Source: an uncultured Bifidobacteriaceae bacterium
Lineage (GTDB): Bacteria > Verrucomicrobiota > Verrucomicrobiia > Limisphaerales > UBA11358
DNA: 64,000 bases
Assembly (NCBI GenBank): GCA_964449815.1
Contig: CAYVGC010000002.1
Span: forward strand, 7 to 64,006
Direction of reading: 5' to 3'
Under the pieces are notes generated by a model. That model saw nothing but the letters and a program-made list of their open reading frames with translations, was not told the origin of the DNA and searched no databases. Shown one piece after another: positions 9,798-19,919 of this stretch. Position 1 is the stretch's first letter, and each line of letters opens with the position of its first letter. The translations under genes were made by a program, and so were the position numbers.

Positions 9798-10641
9798 ACT
9801 TGAGGCCGAATTTATTTTCCAACCACAGCATCCGCCGGTGTTTTTTTTCGCGCGAAGTCAGTTGGTGGTCCGGGTCGGCCTGAAAGATTCCTTCCGCCGC
9901 CGGCAGCCAGTCTTGAACAACTTTGGGATGCGTGCCGGAAAACAATTTTAACACCGCCGCGTCAATTTGGGAATAATCCACCTTTGCCGCCGGGGCGTTT
10001 TCCCAATACTTGTGCGTCGCGCCCGCCTTCAAATTCATCTGCGCCTCGCTGCGCACCCAGCCGTAGTGGTAAATCGTCGCGCCGGTGTGCGCCGCGCGCG
10101 GGTGGCGGGACTCTTTGTGGCTGACGACGACGTTGAAAAACAGCGATTCGCTGGACCAGGCCGGAATGGTGTTGCGGATGATGCGCACCTCGCTGCGATA
10201 CCAGCCGGGCGACCACGCGATGGTGTTCCTGTTTCCGTAAAAATGCAGGTAGTCAAACGCCAGCGCCTCGACGCGCTCGTCGTCCAGATATCGCTCCATC
10301 GCGGCGCGGATTTTCGGCAGGTCATTTTCGTGCAGCACCTCGTCGGCTTCGAGGTAAAACGCCCAGTCGCCGGTGCAGTTGAACAGCGCGATGGATTTCT
10401 GCTGGCCGAACACAAAGCCCTTCACCGAATAATCGCTGCGGAGGCGTTCGTTCCATTGCGTGGGGATGATGCGGATTTTCGGGTCGCCGATCTCGCGCAG
10501 CATTTTTTCCGTGTCGTCGTCGCACGGACCGAGCGCGATGACGAATTCATCCACGAGCGGCAGAATGGAGCGGATGGACGCGACGAACGGATAACCGAGC
10601 CGCTGGCCGTTGCGCAAAAAGGTGAACCCGCTGACTTTCAT
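9766..10641 (-). CDS. glycosyltransferase family 2-like protein
   Basis: MKVSGFTFLRNGQRLGYPFVASIRSILPLVDEFVIALGPCDDDT...YLEADEV matches a GT2-annotated family as I recall it. Confidence 0.7.
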   Translation of the reverse strand: MKVSGFTFLRNGQRLGYPFVASIRSILPLVDEFVIALGPCDDDTEKMLREIGDPKIRIIPTQWNERLRSDYSVKGFVFGQQKSIALFNCTGDWAFYLEADEVLHENDLPKIRAAMERYLDDERVEALAFDYLHFYGNRNTIAWSPGWYRSEVRIIRNTIPAWSSESLFFNVVVSHKESRHPRAAHTGATIYHYGWVRSEAQMNLKAGATHKYWENAPAAKVDYSQIDAAVLKLFSGTHPKVVQDWLPAAEGIFQADPDHQLTSREKKHRRMLWLENKFGLKFNKKHYQPVD

Positions 10642-10665
10642 GCGGTGATGCTAACGCGCCGCCGC

Positions 10666-10962
10666 TTAATCGCCGAACAATTTTTTCAAGCGTTCGCGCG
10701 CGGCGGCCTCGCGGGCATTCTTCACTTCCTTCGGCACCCACTTGCGGCGGGCGAATTCAAAATACTCGCAGAAGTTGCCGGCGGCCTTTTCCAGCACCGG
10801 CTCGGCCCGGCGTTCGCGGCACTGCTGCGCCACGCGCGGGTCGTAGCTGGCGCAGTTCAGGCACACGCGCAGATCGGCGCGGCATTTCATGCAGACTTCG
10901 CCGCGGCCGGGCTGGCCGTCCAGCGTCCACGGCTCGCCGCAGTTGTGGCAATGACGGGTCAT
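10666..10962 (-). CDS. small Cys-rich (zinc-ribbon-like) hypothetical protein
   Basis: 98 aa with CxxC pairs at C5/C8, C24/C27 and C34/C37, plus C48 and C64. The C-terminus is basic. Confidence 0.55.
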   Translation of the reverse strand: MTRHCHNCGEPWTLDGQPGRGEVCMKCRADLRVCLNCASYDPRVAQQCRERRAEPVLEKAAGNFCEYFEFARRKWVPKEVKNAREAAARERLKKLFGD

Positions 10963-11088
10963 TTGCGATTTACAATTTGCGGTTTGAGATTTGCGATTTC
11001 AACACAATTTCGGTTGCGGGTTGCAGGCTGAAAGTTGCAAGTTGAGCGCGGTCTTCACAGGCAAGACCTGCAACCTTTAACTTTTGAC

Positions 11089-11688
11089 ATGAAACTCGGA
11101 ATCTTCGGCGGCTCGTTTGACCCGGTCCATCTCGGCCACCTGCTGGTCGCGCAGGCGGCGGTTGAGGAACTCGGACTTGACCGGCTGTTTTTCGTTCCGG
11201 CGGCGCAATCGCCGTTCAAACCGGACAGCCGGCCCGCGCCCGCGCCCGCCCGCCTGCAACTGCTCCGGCTCGCGCTCGCGGGCCGGGCCAATTGCGAGAT
11301 TGACGACCAGGAAATCCGGCGCGGCGGCGTTTCCTACACCATTGACACGCTGCGCGACTACGCGAAAAGATTTCCCGAAGCGAAATTGTTTTGCCTCATC
11401 GGCGCGGATCACGCGGCCGAACTCAACGGGTGGCGGGAGCCGGACGAACTGGCGCGGCTGGCGGAGTTCGTCGTGATCCCGCGTCCCGGCGGCGCGACGG
11501 CGGTTTTCCCGCCGCCGTTTCGCGGGCGGAGGCTGCGCGGTTTTCCGTTCGGGGTGTCGTCATCGGAAATCCGGGCGCGGGTGAAAGCCGGTTTGCCGAT
11601 TGGCAACCTGGTTCCGACGGCGGTCGCCGAAGCGATCCGCAACGGGCAGCTTTACGTTGAGAAAACACCGCCGGGGCTGAAGCCTTGA
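11089..11688 (+). CDS. nadD: nicotinate-nucleotide adenylyltransferase
   Basis: MKLGIFGGSFDPVHLGHL (the (H/T)xGH nucleotidyltransferase motif), followed by rsfS as in many bacteria. ATG 11089 is chosen within the longer track ORF. Confidence 0.9.
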   Translation: MKLGIFGGSFDPVHLGHLLVAQAAVEELGLDRLFFVPAAQSPFKPDSRPAPAPARLQLLRLALAGRANCEIDDQEIRRGGVSYTIDTLRDYAKRFPEAKLFCLIGADHAAELNGWREPDELARLAEFVVIPRPGGATAVFPPPFRGRRLRGFPFGVSSSEIRARVKAGLPIGNLVPTAVAEAIRNGQLYVEKTPPGLKP

Positions 11689-11737
11689 AATTATCCGTGT
11701 TCTCCGCGTCCGGTTGTGGTTTAATTCCTCCGCAAAT

Positions 11738-12109
11738 ATGGATTCAAAAAAACTGGCGCGGCTTTGCCGCGATCTGGCGGACAATAAAAAGGCGGAAAAC
11801 CTCGCCGTGCTCGACGTGCGCAAGCTGTCGTCGGTGACGGATTATTTTGTCATCGCCACCGGCACCAGCCAGCCGCACCTGCGCGCCATCGTGGAGGAAA
11901 TCACCGGCAAGCTGCGCGATGAACATGATTTGCGCCCGTCGCGCACGGACGGCCTGGCGTCCGGCTCCTGGGTGGTGCTGGATTATTTCGACGTGATCGT
12001 CCACGTCATGCACACGGAGACGCGCAAACACTACGACCTTGAAGGCCTGTGGGGCGATGCGAGACAGCTCAAGCCGGCGAAGCCACGAAAGAAAAAATCA
12101 GCGGCGTGA
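11738..12109 (+). CDS. rsfS: ribosome silencing factor RsfS
   Basis: DYFVIATGTSQPHLRAI...WVVLDYFDVIVHVM is the iojap/RsfS pattern. ATG 11738 is chosen. Confidence 0.9.
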   Translation: MDSKKLARLCRDLADNKKAENLAVLDVRKLSSVTDYFVIATGTSQPHLRAIVEEITGKLRDEHDLRPSRTDGLASGSWVVLDYFDVIVHVMHTETRKHYDLEGLWGDARQLKPAKPRKKKSAA

Positions 12110-12184
12110 TCTCCGGGCTTGAATTTGCAAATTGACCATTTTTATTGCGGTTGCTAGGCTTTACTTCCGTTCGGAACGGTTTTT

Positions 12185-12658
12185 ATGCGACACACCATTT
12201 CAGTTTTAGTCGAGAACAAGTTCGGCGTGCTTACGCGCGTGGCCGGGCTGTTCAGCGGGCGCGGCTACAACATTGACTCGCTCAACGTCGCGCCGACGCA
12301 CGACGCCACCAGCTCGCGCATGACCATTGTGACGCACGGCGACGAGGCCACGGTGGAGCAGATTCTCAAACAGCTCAACAAGCTGCCGGACGTGCTGAAG
12401 GTCCAGGATTTCACCGAGGGAGAATATGTGGACCGCGAACTGGTGCTGGTGAAGGTCGGCGTGGATTCCAAGTCGCGCGCCGAGGTGATGCAGATCGCGG
12501 ACATTTTTCGCGCCAAAATCGTGGATGTGCAGCCCAGGTCGCTCACCATCGAGATCACCGGCACCGACAGCAAGGTGGAAAAATTCCTCGACCTGATGAA
12601 GACGTTCGGCGTCCAGGAAATCACCCGCACCGGCAAGGCCGCCATGCCGCGCAAATAA
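12185..12658 (+). CDS. ilvN: acetolactate synthase small (regulatory) subunit
   Basis: [33 protein letters not shown] is the ACT-domain start typical of IlvN/IlvH, and the gene sits directly upstream of ilvC. Confidence 0.9.
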   Translation: MRHTISVLVENKFGVLTRVAGLFSGRGYNIDSLNVAPTHDATSSRMTIVTHGDEATVEQILKQLNKLPDVLKVQDFTEGEYVDRELVLVKVGVDSKSRAEVMQIADIFRAKIVDVQPRSLTIEITGTDSKVEKFLDLMKTFGVQEITRTGKAAMPRK

Positions 12659-12681
12659 TTTTTAACCGGCAAAATAAATTT

Positions 12682-13704
12682 ATGTCAAAAGTCTATACCG
12701 ACAAGGACGCCGACCTCGGCGTGCTGAAAAACAAAACACTGGCGGTTCTCGGCTTCGGCTCGCAGGGCCACGCCCACGCGCTCAACCTCAAGGACAGCGG
12801 CTGCAAGGTCATCATCGGCCTTTACGAAGGCAGCAAGTCCATCCCCGTCGCCAAGGAAAAAGGTTTCAAGGTCGTCACCACCGCCGAAGCCGTGAAGCAG
12901 GCCGACGTGATTTTCGTCTCGCTGCCGGACACCAAGCAGCCGGCGGTTTATGAAAAGGACATCGCGCCGAACTTGACGCCCGGCAAGACGCTGCTCTTCG
13001 CGCACGGCTTCGCGATCCATTTCAAAACGATTGTTCCGCCGAAAAACGTGAACGTCGTCATGGTCGCGCCGAAAGGCCCCGGCCACACCGTCCGCAGCCA
13101 ATACGTGGAAGGCAAGGGCGTGCCGTGCCTCATCGCCGTCTATCAAAACCCCGGCAAGGACGCGAAAAAAATCGCGCTCGCCTGGGCCAAGGGCATCGGC
13201 GGCACCCGCGCCGGCGTCCTCGAAACGAATTTCAAGGAGGAGACCGAAACCGATTTGTTCGGCGAACAGACCGTGCTTTGCGGCGGCGCGAGCGCGCTGG
13301 TGCAGGCCGGGTTTGAAACGCTGGTCGAAGCCGGTTACGCGCCCGAAATGGCCTACTTTGAATGTCTGCATGAACTCAAGCTCATCGCCGACCTGATGAA
13401 CGAGGCGGGCATCAGCGGCATGAGGTTCTCGATTTCCGAGACCGCCAAATGGGGCGACGTCAGCGTCGGCCCGAAGATCATTGACGCCGGCGTGAAGCAA
13501 CGCATGAAGGCCGCGCTCAAGGACATCCAGTCCGGCAAGTTCGCGAAGGAATGGGTCGCCGAATACAAGGGCGGCTACAAACGCTACAACGCGCTGCTTA
13601 AAAAAGGCGAACAGCACCCGATTGAAAAAACCGGCGCCAAACTCCGCGCGATGATGCCGTGGATGAAGAAGCATTCCATCAAGGGCGCGCAGGCCGCTTA
13701 TTGA
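12682..13704 (+). CDS. ilvC: ketol-acid reductoisomerase
   Basis: [18 protein letters not shown] Rossmann motif. The 340-aa length and overall sequence are those of class I KARI. Confidence 0.95.
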   Translation: MSKVYTDKDADLGVLKNKTLAVLGFGSQGHAHALNLKDSGCKVIIGLYEGSKSIPVAKEKGFKVVTTAEAVKQADVIFVSLPDTKQPAVYEKDIAPNLTPGKTLLFAHGFAIHFKTIVPPKNVNVVMVAPKGPGHTVRSQYVEGKGVPCLIAVYQNPGKDAKKIALAWAKGIGGTRAGVLETNFKEETETDLFGEQTVLCGGASALVQAGFETLVEAGYAPEMAYFECLHELKLIADLMNEAGISGMRFSISETAKWGDVSVGPKIIDAGVKQRMKAALKDIQSGKFAKEWVAEYKGGYKRYNALLKKGEQHPIEKTGAKLRAMMPWMKKHSIKGAQAAY

Positions 13705-13743
13705 TTTCAGATTGGCAATTTTTGATTGCCGATTGAAAGACAA

Positions 13744-13769
13744 AAGCCGCCGGAGCAATCCGGCGGCTT
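13744..13769. terminator. bidirectional terminator hairpin between convergent ilvC and argJ
   Basis: Perfect 11-bp stem aagccgccgga / tccggcggctt with loop gcaa. It is flanked by an A-run on the left and T-rich sequence on the right. Confidence 0.65.
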
Positions 13770-13787
13770 GCTTGCTTTCGCGAACAA

Positions 13788-15125
13788 TCAACCTCCCTGC
13801 TTCGTCGGATCGCCCACGTCACCCTTGTTGAAGTCCACATATGCCTCGGTCAGATCGGCGGCATACATCACTGCATCCGCTTTGCCGAGGTTCAGGTGGA
13901 TGTGCAGTTCAAATTCCTGCGGTGCGACGGCGGCGCACAATTGTTTGAACGTCGCCGGCGTCGGCTGGCCGCGCTTGAGACTCCAGAGAATTTTCTTGCC
14001 GCCCGGCGCGCTGTAACCGATGTCAATTTTCTCCTCCGCCACCTTCGCGGCGGAATAACCGATCGCATCAATGATCCGGCCCCAGTTCGGATCGCCGCCG
14101 TGCCAGCTCGTCTTTACCAGCGGACTGTTCGCCACCGCGCGCGCGGCGGCATCAGCGTCTTGAATCGTCTTCGCGCCGTTCACGCGCACGGTCACGATGC
14201 GGTGAACGCCCTCGCCATCACGGACAATTTTCTTCGCGAGTTCTAGGCAGACGTGGTTGAGCGCAGCTTGGAAAACTTTGAATTCCGGGCTGTTGGTGCC
14301 GAACCTTTTGTTTTTCGCCAGCCCGTTCGCCAGCACCAAAACCGTGTCGTTCGTGCTCATGTCGCCGTCCACGGTGATGCGGTTGAAGCTGTTCGCCACG
14401 GCCTCATTCAAAGCCGTCTGCAAAACTTTTGCGTCCACGGCGGCATCCGTCGTGATGAAGCCCAGCATCGTCGCGTGAAGTCCGCCGTGCGGCAGCATGG
14501 CCGGACGCGCGCCCGTCGGCGACATTCCCGGCTGAATCATGCCCGCGCCCTTGCACATGCCGCCAATGCGGACGGTTTTGCCGCCAAGCTTGAATTCCAC
14601 CGCGATCTGCTTCGGTTTCGTATCACTGGTCATGATTGCCTCGACCGCGTGGTCGGCATGTTCAATGGTTGAACCGAGCAACGTCGCAGCTTCAATGATG
14701 CCTGCGCGGACATTGTCCATCGGCATCGTCACGCCGATGCGCCCGGTCGAGCCGACCAGCACCGAGCCTGCTGGCAAATTCAGCGCACGCTCGGCGAAGG
14801 AAACCATTTCGCGCGCGTCGGCCAGGCCTCGTCTGCCGGTGCAGGCATTGGCGTTGCCGGAATTGACGACGACGGCCTGCGCCGTTCCTTTTTTCATGCG
14901 CTCCACGCAAATTTTCACCGGCGCGGCGCAGACCTGGTTCGTCGTGAACATGCCGGCGACGGTCGCGGGCGTTTCGGAAACGATGAGCGCGAGGTCGCGC
15001 TTCTGGCCTTTGTTGGAGCCTTTGCCGGTGCCGAGTTTTTTGATGTCGCAGAACCCGCCGCCGGCCAGGAAGCCCTGCGGCGCAACGACGGAACCGGAAA
15101 CTTCTTTGAATGTTTTTTTACTCAT
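13788..15125 (-). CDS. argJ: bifunctional glutamate N-acetyltransferase / amino-acid acetyltransferase
   Basis: 445 aa with an ArgJ autoprocessing-site context (GLHATMLGFITTDA) and overall ArgJ-like sequence. Confidence 0.93.
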   Translation of the reverse strand: MSKKTFKEVSGSVVAPQGFLAGGGFCDIKKLGTGKGSNKGQKRDLALIVSETPATVAGMFTTNQVCAAPVKICVERMKKGTAQAVVVNSGNANACTGRRGLADAREMVSFAERALNLPAGSVLVGSTGRIGVTMPMDNVRAGIIEAATLLGSTIEHADHAVEAIMTSDTKPKQIAVEFKLGGKTVRIGGMCKGAGMIQPGMSPTGARPAMLPHGGLHATMLGFITTDAAVDAKVLQTALNEAVANSFNRITVDGDMSTNDTVLVLANGLAKNKRFGTNSPEFKVFQAALNHVCLELAKKIVRDGEGVHRIVTVRVNGAKTIQDADAAARAVANSPLVKTSWHGGDPNWGRIIDAIGYSAAKVAEEKIDIGYSAPGGKKILWSLKRGQPTPATFKQLCAAVAPQEFELHIHLNLGKADAVMYAADLTEAYVDFNKGDVGDPTKQGG

Positions 15126-15161
15126 GACTGAAGGTGAATTTGCGCAAGCCGCGGCTGGTTT

Positions 15162-15977
15162 TCAAATCTTAACCGCGTCAATTTCCAGCCGCACCATGCG
15201 GACGTGGACGTTCCCGGCCGCATCCGGCGGATGTTTTGCGAGGTAGCGCTGCGTGACGGCGGCGATGAATTCCTCGCGGACATTTTCCGGCACACGCTGG
15301 GTGAACGGCAGCCACGTCGCGCGCAGCCACGTCGCAAAACCTTTCGCGCCGGCGTAAGCCGCGTCTTTGGGCGCAAGTTTGACCGCGTTGATTTTGAAGC
15401 CAAAACGCGGCAGCCATTTTTCATAGTTGCCTGGCGCGTGGAAGAAATACGGCATCGGCATCCGGCGGAAAAACTCGCGCCAGCGCTGCCGCCGCATTTC
15501 CGGCCGCAGCGCGAGAAACACGTCGTGCGCGTTGCCTTTGCCGCCGCAGGAAACGACCAGCCGGCCGCCCGGTTTCAAAACCGCAGCCGCGCCACGCAAA
15601 ATCGCCTCGTGATCGTCCACCCAATGCCAGGCGGCATTGGAAAAAACAAAATCGAACCGGCGCGCGAATTTGATTTCACGCGCGTCCATGATTTGAAATG
15701 CGAGGTTCGGGAATTTTTCCGGCGGAAAGGTCTTTTGCGCGAACTCGATCATCTGCGACGAAGCGTCCACCCCGGTGGCCAGGCCGCGCGGCAGACTGCG
15801 CGCGATTTCCGCCGTCACCTTGCCGTCGCCGCAGCCGACGTCCAAAACGTGTTCGTCACCGCGCAGGTTGAGTTTGGCGATGAGCTCGCGCGCCCAGGTC
15901 TGCTGCACGACGGAATTGGCGGCGTAATCCGCCGCGTTCCATTTCGCCGGTTGGAGATTTTTTGGCGGCACGCTCAC
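15162..15977 (-). CDS. class I SAM-dependent methyltransferase (trans-aconitate methyltransferase-like)
   Basis: VLDVGCGDGKVT SAM-binding motif I. The GTG start overlaps the argC stop. The gene lies between argC and argJ. Confidence 0.75.
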   Translation of the reverse strand: MSVPPKNLQPAKWNAADYAANSVVQQTWARELIAKLNLRGDEHVLDVGCGDGKVTAEIARSLPRGLATGVDASSQMIEFAQKTFPPEKFPNLAFQIMDAREIKFARRFDFVFSNAAWHWVDDHEAILRGAAAVLKPGGRLVVSCGGKGNAHDVFLALRPEMRRQRWREFFRRMPMPYFFHAPGNYEKWLPRFGFKINAVKLAPKDAAYAGAKGFATWLRATWLPFTQRVPENVREEFIAAVTQRYLAKHPPDAAGNVHVRMVRLEIDAVKI

Positions 15978-17035
15978 ACCAGGCCCGCCGTTTCCGGCCA
16001 GCCGCAGATGAGGTTCATGCTTTGCACGGCCTGGCCGCTGGCGCCTTTGACAATGTTGTCCTCGGCGCTCATGACGATTAGCCGGCCGGTGCGCGGGTCA
16101 AGCCGCCAGGCGATTTCGCAGACGTTGGTGCCGACGACATTTTTCGTGTCGGGCAAAGCTTTTCCTTCCAGCAAACGAACGAACGGCTCGTTCGCATAAG
16201 CCGATTGGTAACACGCGGAAATTTTCTCCGCGAGCTTGGCCGCACCGGCAGCGTCGTTGAAATGTTCCGCTGGTGTGAGATAAAGCGTCGTCAAAATACC
16301 GCGATTCACCGGAATCAAATGCGGCGTAAATTGAATCGTCACTTTGGTTCCAGCGGCAAAAGAAAGTTGTTCCTCAATCTCGGACAAATGCCGGTGTTTC
16401 GGCACGCCGTAAGGGCGCACGCTTTCGTTGCATTCGCAAAATAGATAATCCACCTCGGCCTTCCGGCCCGCGCCGCTGACGCCGCTCAAGGAATCGGCGA
16501 TGATGCCGGCGGACTTGATGAGTCCGGCTTTGAGCAGCGGAATCACCGGCAGCAAAATGCTCGTCGGATAACAGCCGGGCGAGGCGATGAGCAAAGATTT
16601 TTTGATCTCGTCGCGGTAAATTTCCGGCAGGCCATAGACGGATTTTTTCAACAAGTCCGGAGCCGGGTGATCATGCGCGTAAAAGTCTTTGTAAATTTCC
16701 GCGCTTTTGAGCCGGAAGTCAGCGCTCAAATCAATGACCACGCAGCCAGCATTGAGCAGCGGCACCGCAAATTCGGCGGCGACGCCGTGCGGCAGCGCGA
16801 GGAAAACGACATCGGCCTGCTTCGCGAGCAATTCGGCATTGGGCTCGACGAAGCGGAGCGTCCTGGATTTCGGATGGCTGGCGAATTTTGGGAAAACCTG
16901 CGCGAGCGTCTGGCCCGCGTTCTGGCGCGAGGTGACGGCGACGAGTTCCGCGTGCGGATGGCTGAGGAGCAACTGCACGAGAACTTCGCCGGAATAACCG
17001 GACGCGCCGACGATGGCGACTTTTTTCGTTTTCAT
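15974..17035 (-). CDS. argC: N-acetyl-gamma-glutamyl-phosphate reductase
   Basis: MKTKKVAIVGASGYSGEVLVQLL and the active-site region ASPGCYPTS. ATG 17035 is chosen, because the first 82 codons of the track ORF run through repeat DNA. Confidence 0.93.
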   Translation of the reverse strand: MKTKKVAIVGASGYSGEVLVQLLLSHPHAELVAVTSRQNAGQTLAQVFPKFASHPKSRTLRFVEPNAELLAKQADVVFLALPHGVAAEFAVPLLNAGCVVIDLSADFRLKSAEIYKDFYAHDHPAPDLLKKSVYGLPEIYRDEIKKSLLIASPGCYPTSILLPVIPLLKAGLIKSAGIIADSLSGVSGAGRKAEVDYLFCECNESVRPYGVPKHRHLSEIEEQLSFAAGTKVTIQFTPHLIPVNRGILTTLYLTPAEHFNDAAGAAKLAEKISACYQSAYANEPFVRLLEGKALPDTKNVVGTNVCEIAWRLDPRTGRLIVMSAEDNIVKGASGQAVQSMNLICGWPETAGLV

Positions 17036-17163
17036 TTTCAAAAATTTTAACCGCGAAAAACACGAACCACACGATAATTTGCACAAAGTCAGGAGCCGCG
17101 TTCCGGCACTCAATTGGAATTGTCCTGCTTTCGCGTCATTCGTGCGTTCCGTGGTTTCCAAAG

Positions 17164-17194
17164 CAAAAAACCCGCCGGCATGAGCCAGCGGGCT
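17164..17194 (-). terminator. intrinsic terminator after rpsI
   Basis: On the minus strand: agcccgc-tggctcatgcc-ggcggg followed by ttttttg. Confidence 0.6.
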
Positions 17195-17213
17195 TGGAAA
17201 CTCTTTCGCTCGG

Positions 17214-17615
17214 TCAACGCTTCGAGAACTGGAAGCGTTTGCGGGCACCGGGCTGGCCGTATTTCTTGCGCTCGCGTTCACGCGGGTCGCGCGTGAGGAA
17301 ACCTTCCGCCTTCAGTGCGGGGCGGAGGTTGGCGTCGAACTTTAAAAGCGCGCGGGAAATCCCGTGCCGGGTCGCCCCGGCCTGGCCGTTCGGGCCGCCG
17401 CCGGTGACATTCACGCGCACATCAAGCTTGTCCGCCGTGCCGGTGACGGTCAACGGCTGCGACACGGTCGCCCGCTGGGTTTCAAGCGGGAAATAAGCAT
17501 CAAACGCGCGGCCGTTGACGGTGATCTTGCCGCTGCCGGTGGCGAGACGGACGCGGGCAACGGCGGTCTTGCGCCGGCCGGTGCCGAGGAATTCGTTGGT
17601 GGTTTTCGTGGCCAT
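17214..17615 (-). CDS. rpsI: 30S ribosomal protein S9
   Basis: [20 protein letters not shown]...[18 protein letters not shown] is the canonical S9 C-terminus. Confidence 0.97.
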   Translation of the reverse strand: MATKTTNEFLGTGRRKTAVARVRLATGSGKITVNGRAFDAYFPLETQRATVSQPLTVTGTADKLDVRVNVTGGGPNGQAGATRHGISRALLKFDANLRPALKAEGFLTRDPRERERKKYGQPGARKRFQFSKR

Positions 17616-17623
17616 AGCAAAAA

Positions 17624-18058
17624 TTATTTAGCGGGTGCGAGCACGGCGGGCTGTTGCGCGCCGTGGTCGTGTTTCGGACCTTTGAACACTTTCAGTTTCG
17701 TGAGCAGCACGCGGCCGAGGCGGTTTTTGGGAATCATGCCTTTGACGGCGCGCTCAATGAGCATCTCGGGATGCTTCGCGCGAAGCTGCTCAACGGTGGT
17801 GTATTTTTCGCCGCCCTTCCAGCCGGAATAGGTCATGTATTCCTTGGCCTTCTCTTTTTTGCCGGTCACACGGACTTTCTCGGCGTTGACGACAATGACA
17901 AAATCGCCGGCGTCGAGGTGCGGCGTATAAACGGGCTTGTTCTTGCCGCGCAAAATATCGGCGACCTGCACGGCCAGACGGCCAAGAACCGCGCCGTCGG
18001 CATCAATAACATGCCACTTGCGCTGGTCCAGATTCACTTTCGGCAAATGCGTTTTCAT
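17624..18058 (-). CDS. rplM: 50S ribosomal protein L13
   Basis: [34 protein letters not shown] is canonical L13. ATG 18058 is chosen over TTG 18070. Confidence 0.96.
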   Translation of the reverse strand: MKTHLPKVNLDQRKWHVIDADGAVLGRLAVQVADILRGKNKPVYTPHLDAGDFVIVVNAEKVRVTGKKEKAKEYMTYSGWKGGEKYTTVEQLRAKHPEMLIERAVKGMIPKNRLGRVLLTKLKVFKGPKHDHGAQQPAVLAPAK

Positions 18059-18207
18059 TTCAAAATCCAATCAAAAGGGACGCGGAATCTATCAAACCGA
18101 CGGGCGAAGTCAACACGCGATTTGATTTAATTTGCTTTGGGCTTTGCCGCCGCCGGTAAAAATTTGAGGTCTCGGTCGCGATGTCGGTTCGCCGCAAGTG
18201 TTTTCTT

Positions 18208-19743
18208 TCACCAATCCGTTTCCTGGTAGTCCTTCAGGAATTTTCCCCAGACGTGCTCGCCGGTGTTGAAGCCGGAAATGATCGGGTCCACGATGCGCGC
18301 CGCGCCGTCCACGATGTCCAGCGGCGGATGGAAGCTGTGCTCCTGCTCCTTGCGCGCGGCGATCTGCACCGGGTCCTCGTCCGTCACCCAGCCGGTGTCC
18401 ACGGCGTTCATGTGGATGCCGTCGGCGTGGTAATCCGCCGCCGCCGTGCGCGTCATCATGTTGAGCGCGGCCTTGGCCATGTTCGTGTGCGGATGCCGCG
18501 TGGTCTTGAACTTCCGGTAAAACTGCCCCTCCACCGCCGAGACGTTGACGATGTGCTTGTCGCGCTCCGGCGTGCGGAGCATGAGCGGCTTGAGCCGGGC
18601 GTTGAGGATGAACGGCGCGATGGCGTTGACCAGCTCCACCTCCAGCAGCTCCACCGTCGGCACTTCCGCCATCAGCAGCCGCCAGGAATTGCGCTCGCGC
18701 AAATCCACCTGCTGCAAATCCTGGTCGAGCTGGCCCTGCGGAAACAGCGCCTTCTGCGCCTCGAGTTCGTCCGGCAGCATGGGAATCTGCGACAGCTCCG
18801 CGGCGTGCGTCAGCCCGGCGACGGTGGACATCCGCTTGGTCGCCACTGCCGCGTCGCCTTCCGGCAGCAGGTGGTAGCCGCGCAGCCCCTCGTAGGTGCC
18901 GAGCAGCCGCGCCGCTTCCGGCGGCAGGTCATGCAACGACCCGTTCTCGCGTTCCATCATGTGCTCGTAAAAATCCGGCGGCCGCCGCACGGTCTGGCAG
19001 GCGTTGTTGATGATGAAATCCAGCCGCGACCGCGTGGCCAGCAGATGCCGGCAGAACGCCTCCACGCTGGGCGTGTGGCGCAGGTCGAGCCCGAAAATTT
19101 CCAGCCGGTGGCCCCAGTCCTGGAAATCCGGTTCCGCCGCGTAGCGCAGCGCCGAATCGCGCGGAAAGCGCGTGCAGACGATGAGCTGCGCCCCGGCGCG
19201 GAGCAGCTTGATGCCGGCCTGATAGCCGATTTTCACGCGCCCGCCGGTGAGCAGCGCCACGCGGCCGCGCAAATCCGCCGTCTCGGTGCGCTTGCGGAAA
19301 TTCAGCTCCGCGCACGCCGGGCAAAGCTGATCGTAAAAATGATGGATCTTCGTGTAATCCTGTTTGCAGATGTAGCAATTCTGCGGCTCGAGGACTTCGC
19401 GGAAATCGGGATTGTCGGTGACCTCGTGCTGCTGGAAATTCAGCGGCGGAAACACGTTCGGCGTGGTGAAAACTTTTTCGCGGCGCAGCTTGCGAATGCC
19501 GGTCTCGTTGAGCTTGGACTGGTCCTGGCCGATCTTCTCGGCCTTGCGCTGCTTGGCGCTGGCTTTCACCAGGCGGCGGCGCTGGGCCACGTCCGGGCAA
19601 TAGATGTCGCCGGCCGCCTTGAGCAGCCGGGTGCGCTCCTCGATGGACAGCCCGGCGAGCAGCGCCCGGTTGGCCGCCGCTTTTTCAAGAATCTCGGCGG
19701 CAGCTTTCAGCTGCGCGGACAAAGTTTTTGTATCAACGGACAT
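18208..19743 (-). CDS. atypical SDR-family oxidoreductase with ~150-aa N-terminal extension containing a CxxC..CxxC zinc-ribbon
   Basis: Rossmann motif [13 protein letters not shown] and an NNA motif (FIINNACQ). The N-terminal region has CYICKQDY...[10 protein letters not shown]. Confidence 0.7.
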   Translation of the reverse strand: MSVDTKTLSAQLKAAAEILEKAAANRALLAGLSIEERTRLLKAAGDIYCPDVAQRRRLVKASAKQRKAEKIGQDQSKLNETGIRKLRREKVFTTPNVFPPLNFQQHEVTDNPDFREVLEPQNCYICKQDYTKIHHFYDQLCPACAELNFRKRTETADLRGRVALLTGGRVKIGYQAGIKLLRAGAQLIVCTRFPRDSALRYAAEPDFQDWGHRLEIFGLDLRHTPSVEAFCRHLLATRSRLDFIINNACQTVRRPPDFYEHMMERENGSLHDLPPEAARLLGTYEGLRGYHLLPEGDAAVATKRMSTVAGLTHAAELSQIPMLPDELEAQKALFPQGQLDQDLQQVDLRERNSWRLLMAEVPTVELLEVELVNAIAPFILNARLKPLMLRTPERDKHIVNVSAVEGQFYRKFKTTRHPHTNMAKAALNMMTRTAAADYHADGIHMNAVDTGWVTDEDPVQIAARKEQEHSFHPPLDIVDGAARIVDPIISGFNTGEHVWGKFLKDYQETDW

Positions 19744-19841
19744 TTAATTTGGCCGCGCAGAATAGCAGGCATTGCGCTGGCGGGCGAATGAAAACCATGC
19801 AACAACGAACCAATAAGAACTCAATGCACAAGATTTCTGGA

Positions 19842-19887
19842 TCAAATTTCTTCCTTCGTGTCTTGGTGCCTTTGTGGTTAAACTTTT
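19842..19887 (+). repeat. 45-nt leader/intergenic element, copy A
   Basis: tcaaatttcttccttcgtgtcttggtgcctttgtggttaaacttt. It differs at one position (g/a) from the copy at 22289..22333. Confidence 0.9.
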
Positions 19888-19919
19888 TCATATCCGCCAC
19901 AAAACTGACCCATAACTTT

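Noticed and set aside
15974-17281. Long (435-aa) form of argC
   Set aside because: The first 82 codons cover the rpsI terminator and repeat elements. The canonical MKTKKVAIVGASGYSG start is at 17035.
18181-19791. 536-aa ORF on the + strand
   Set aside because: It is an antisense shadow of the SDR gene. The same reasoning applies to 12685..13791 (antisense to ilvC), 20565..21854 (GH172), 27687..28859 (thrS C-fragment), 9967..11031, 34269..35345, 36786..37904 and 37646..38650.
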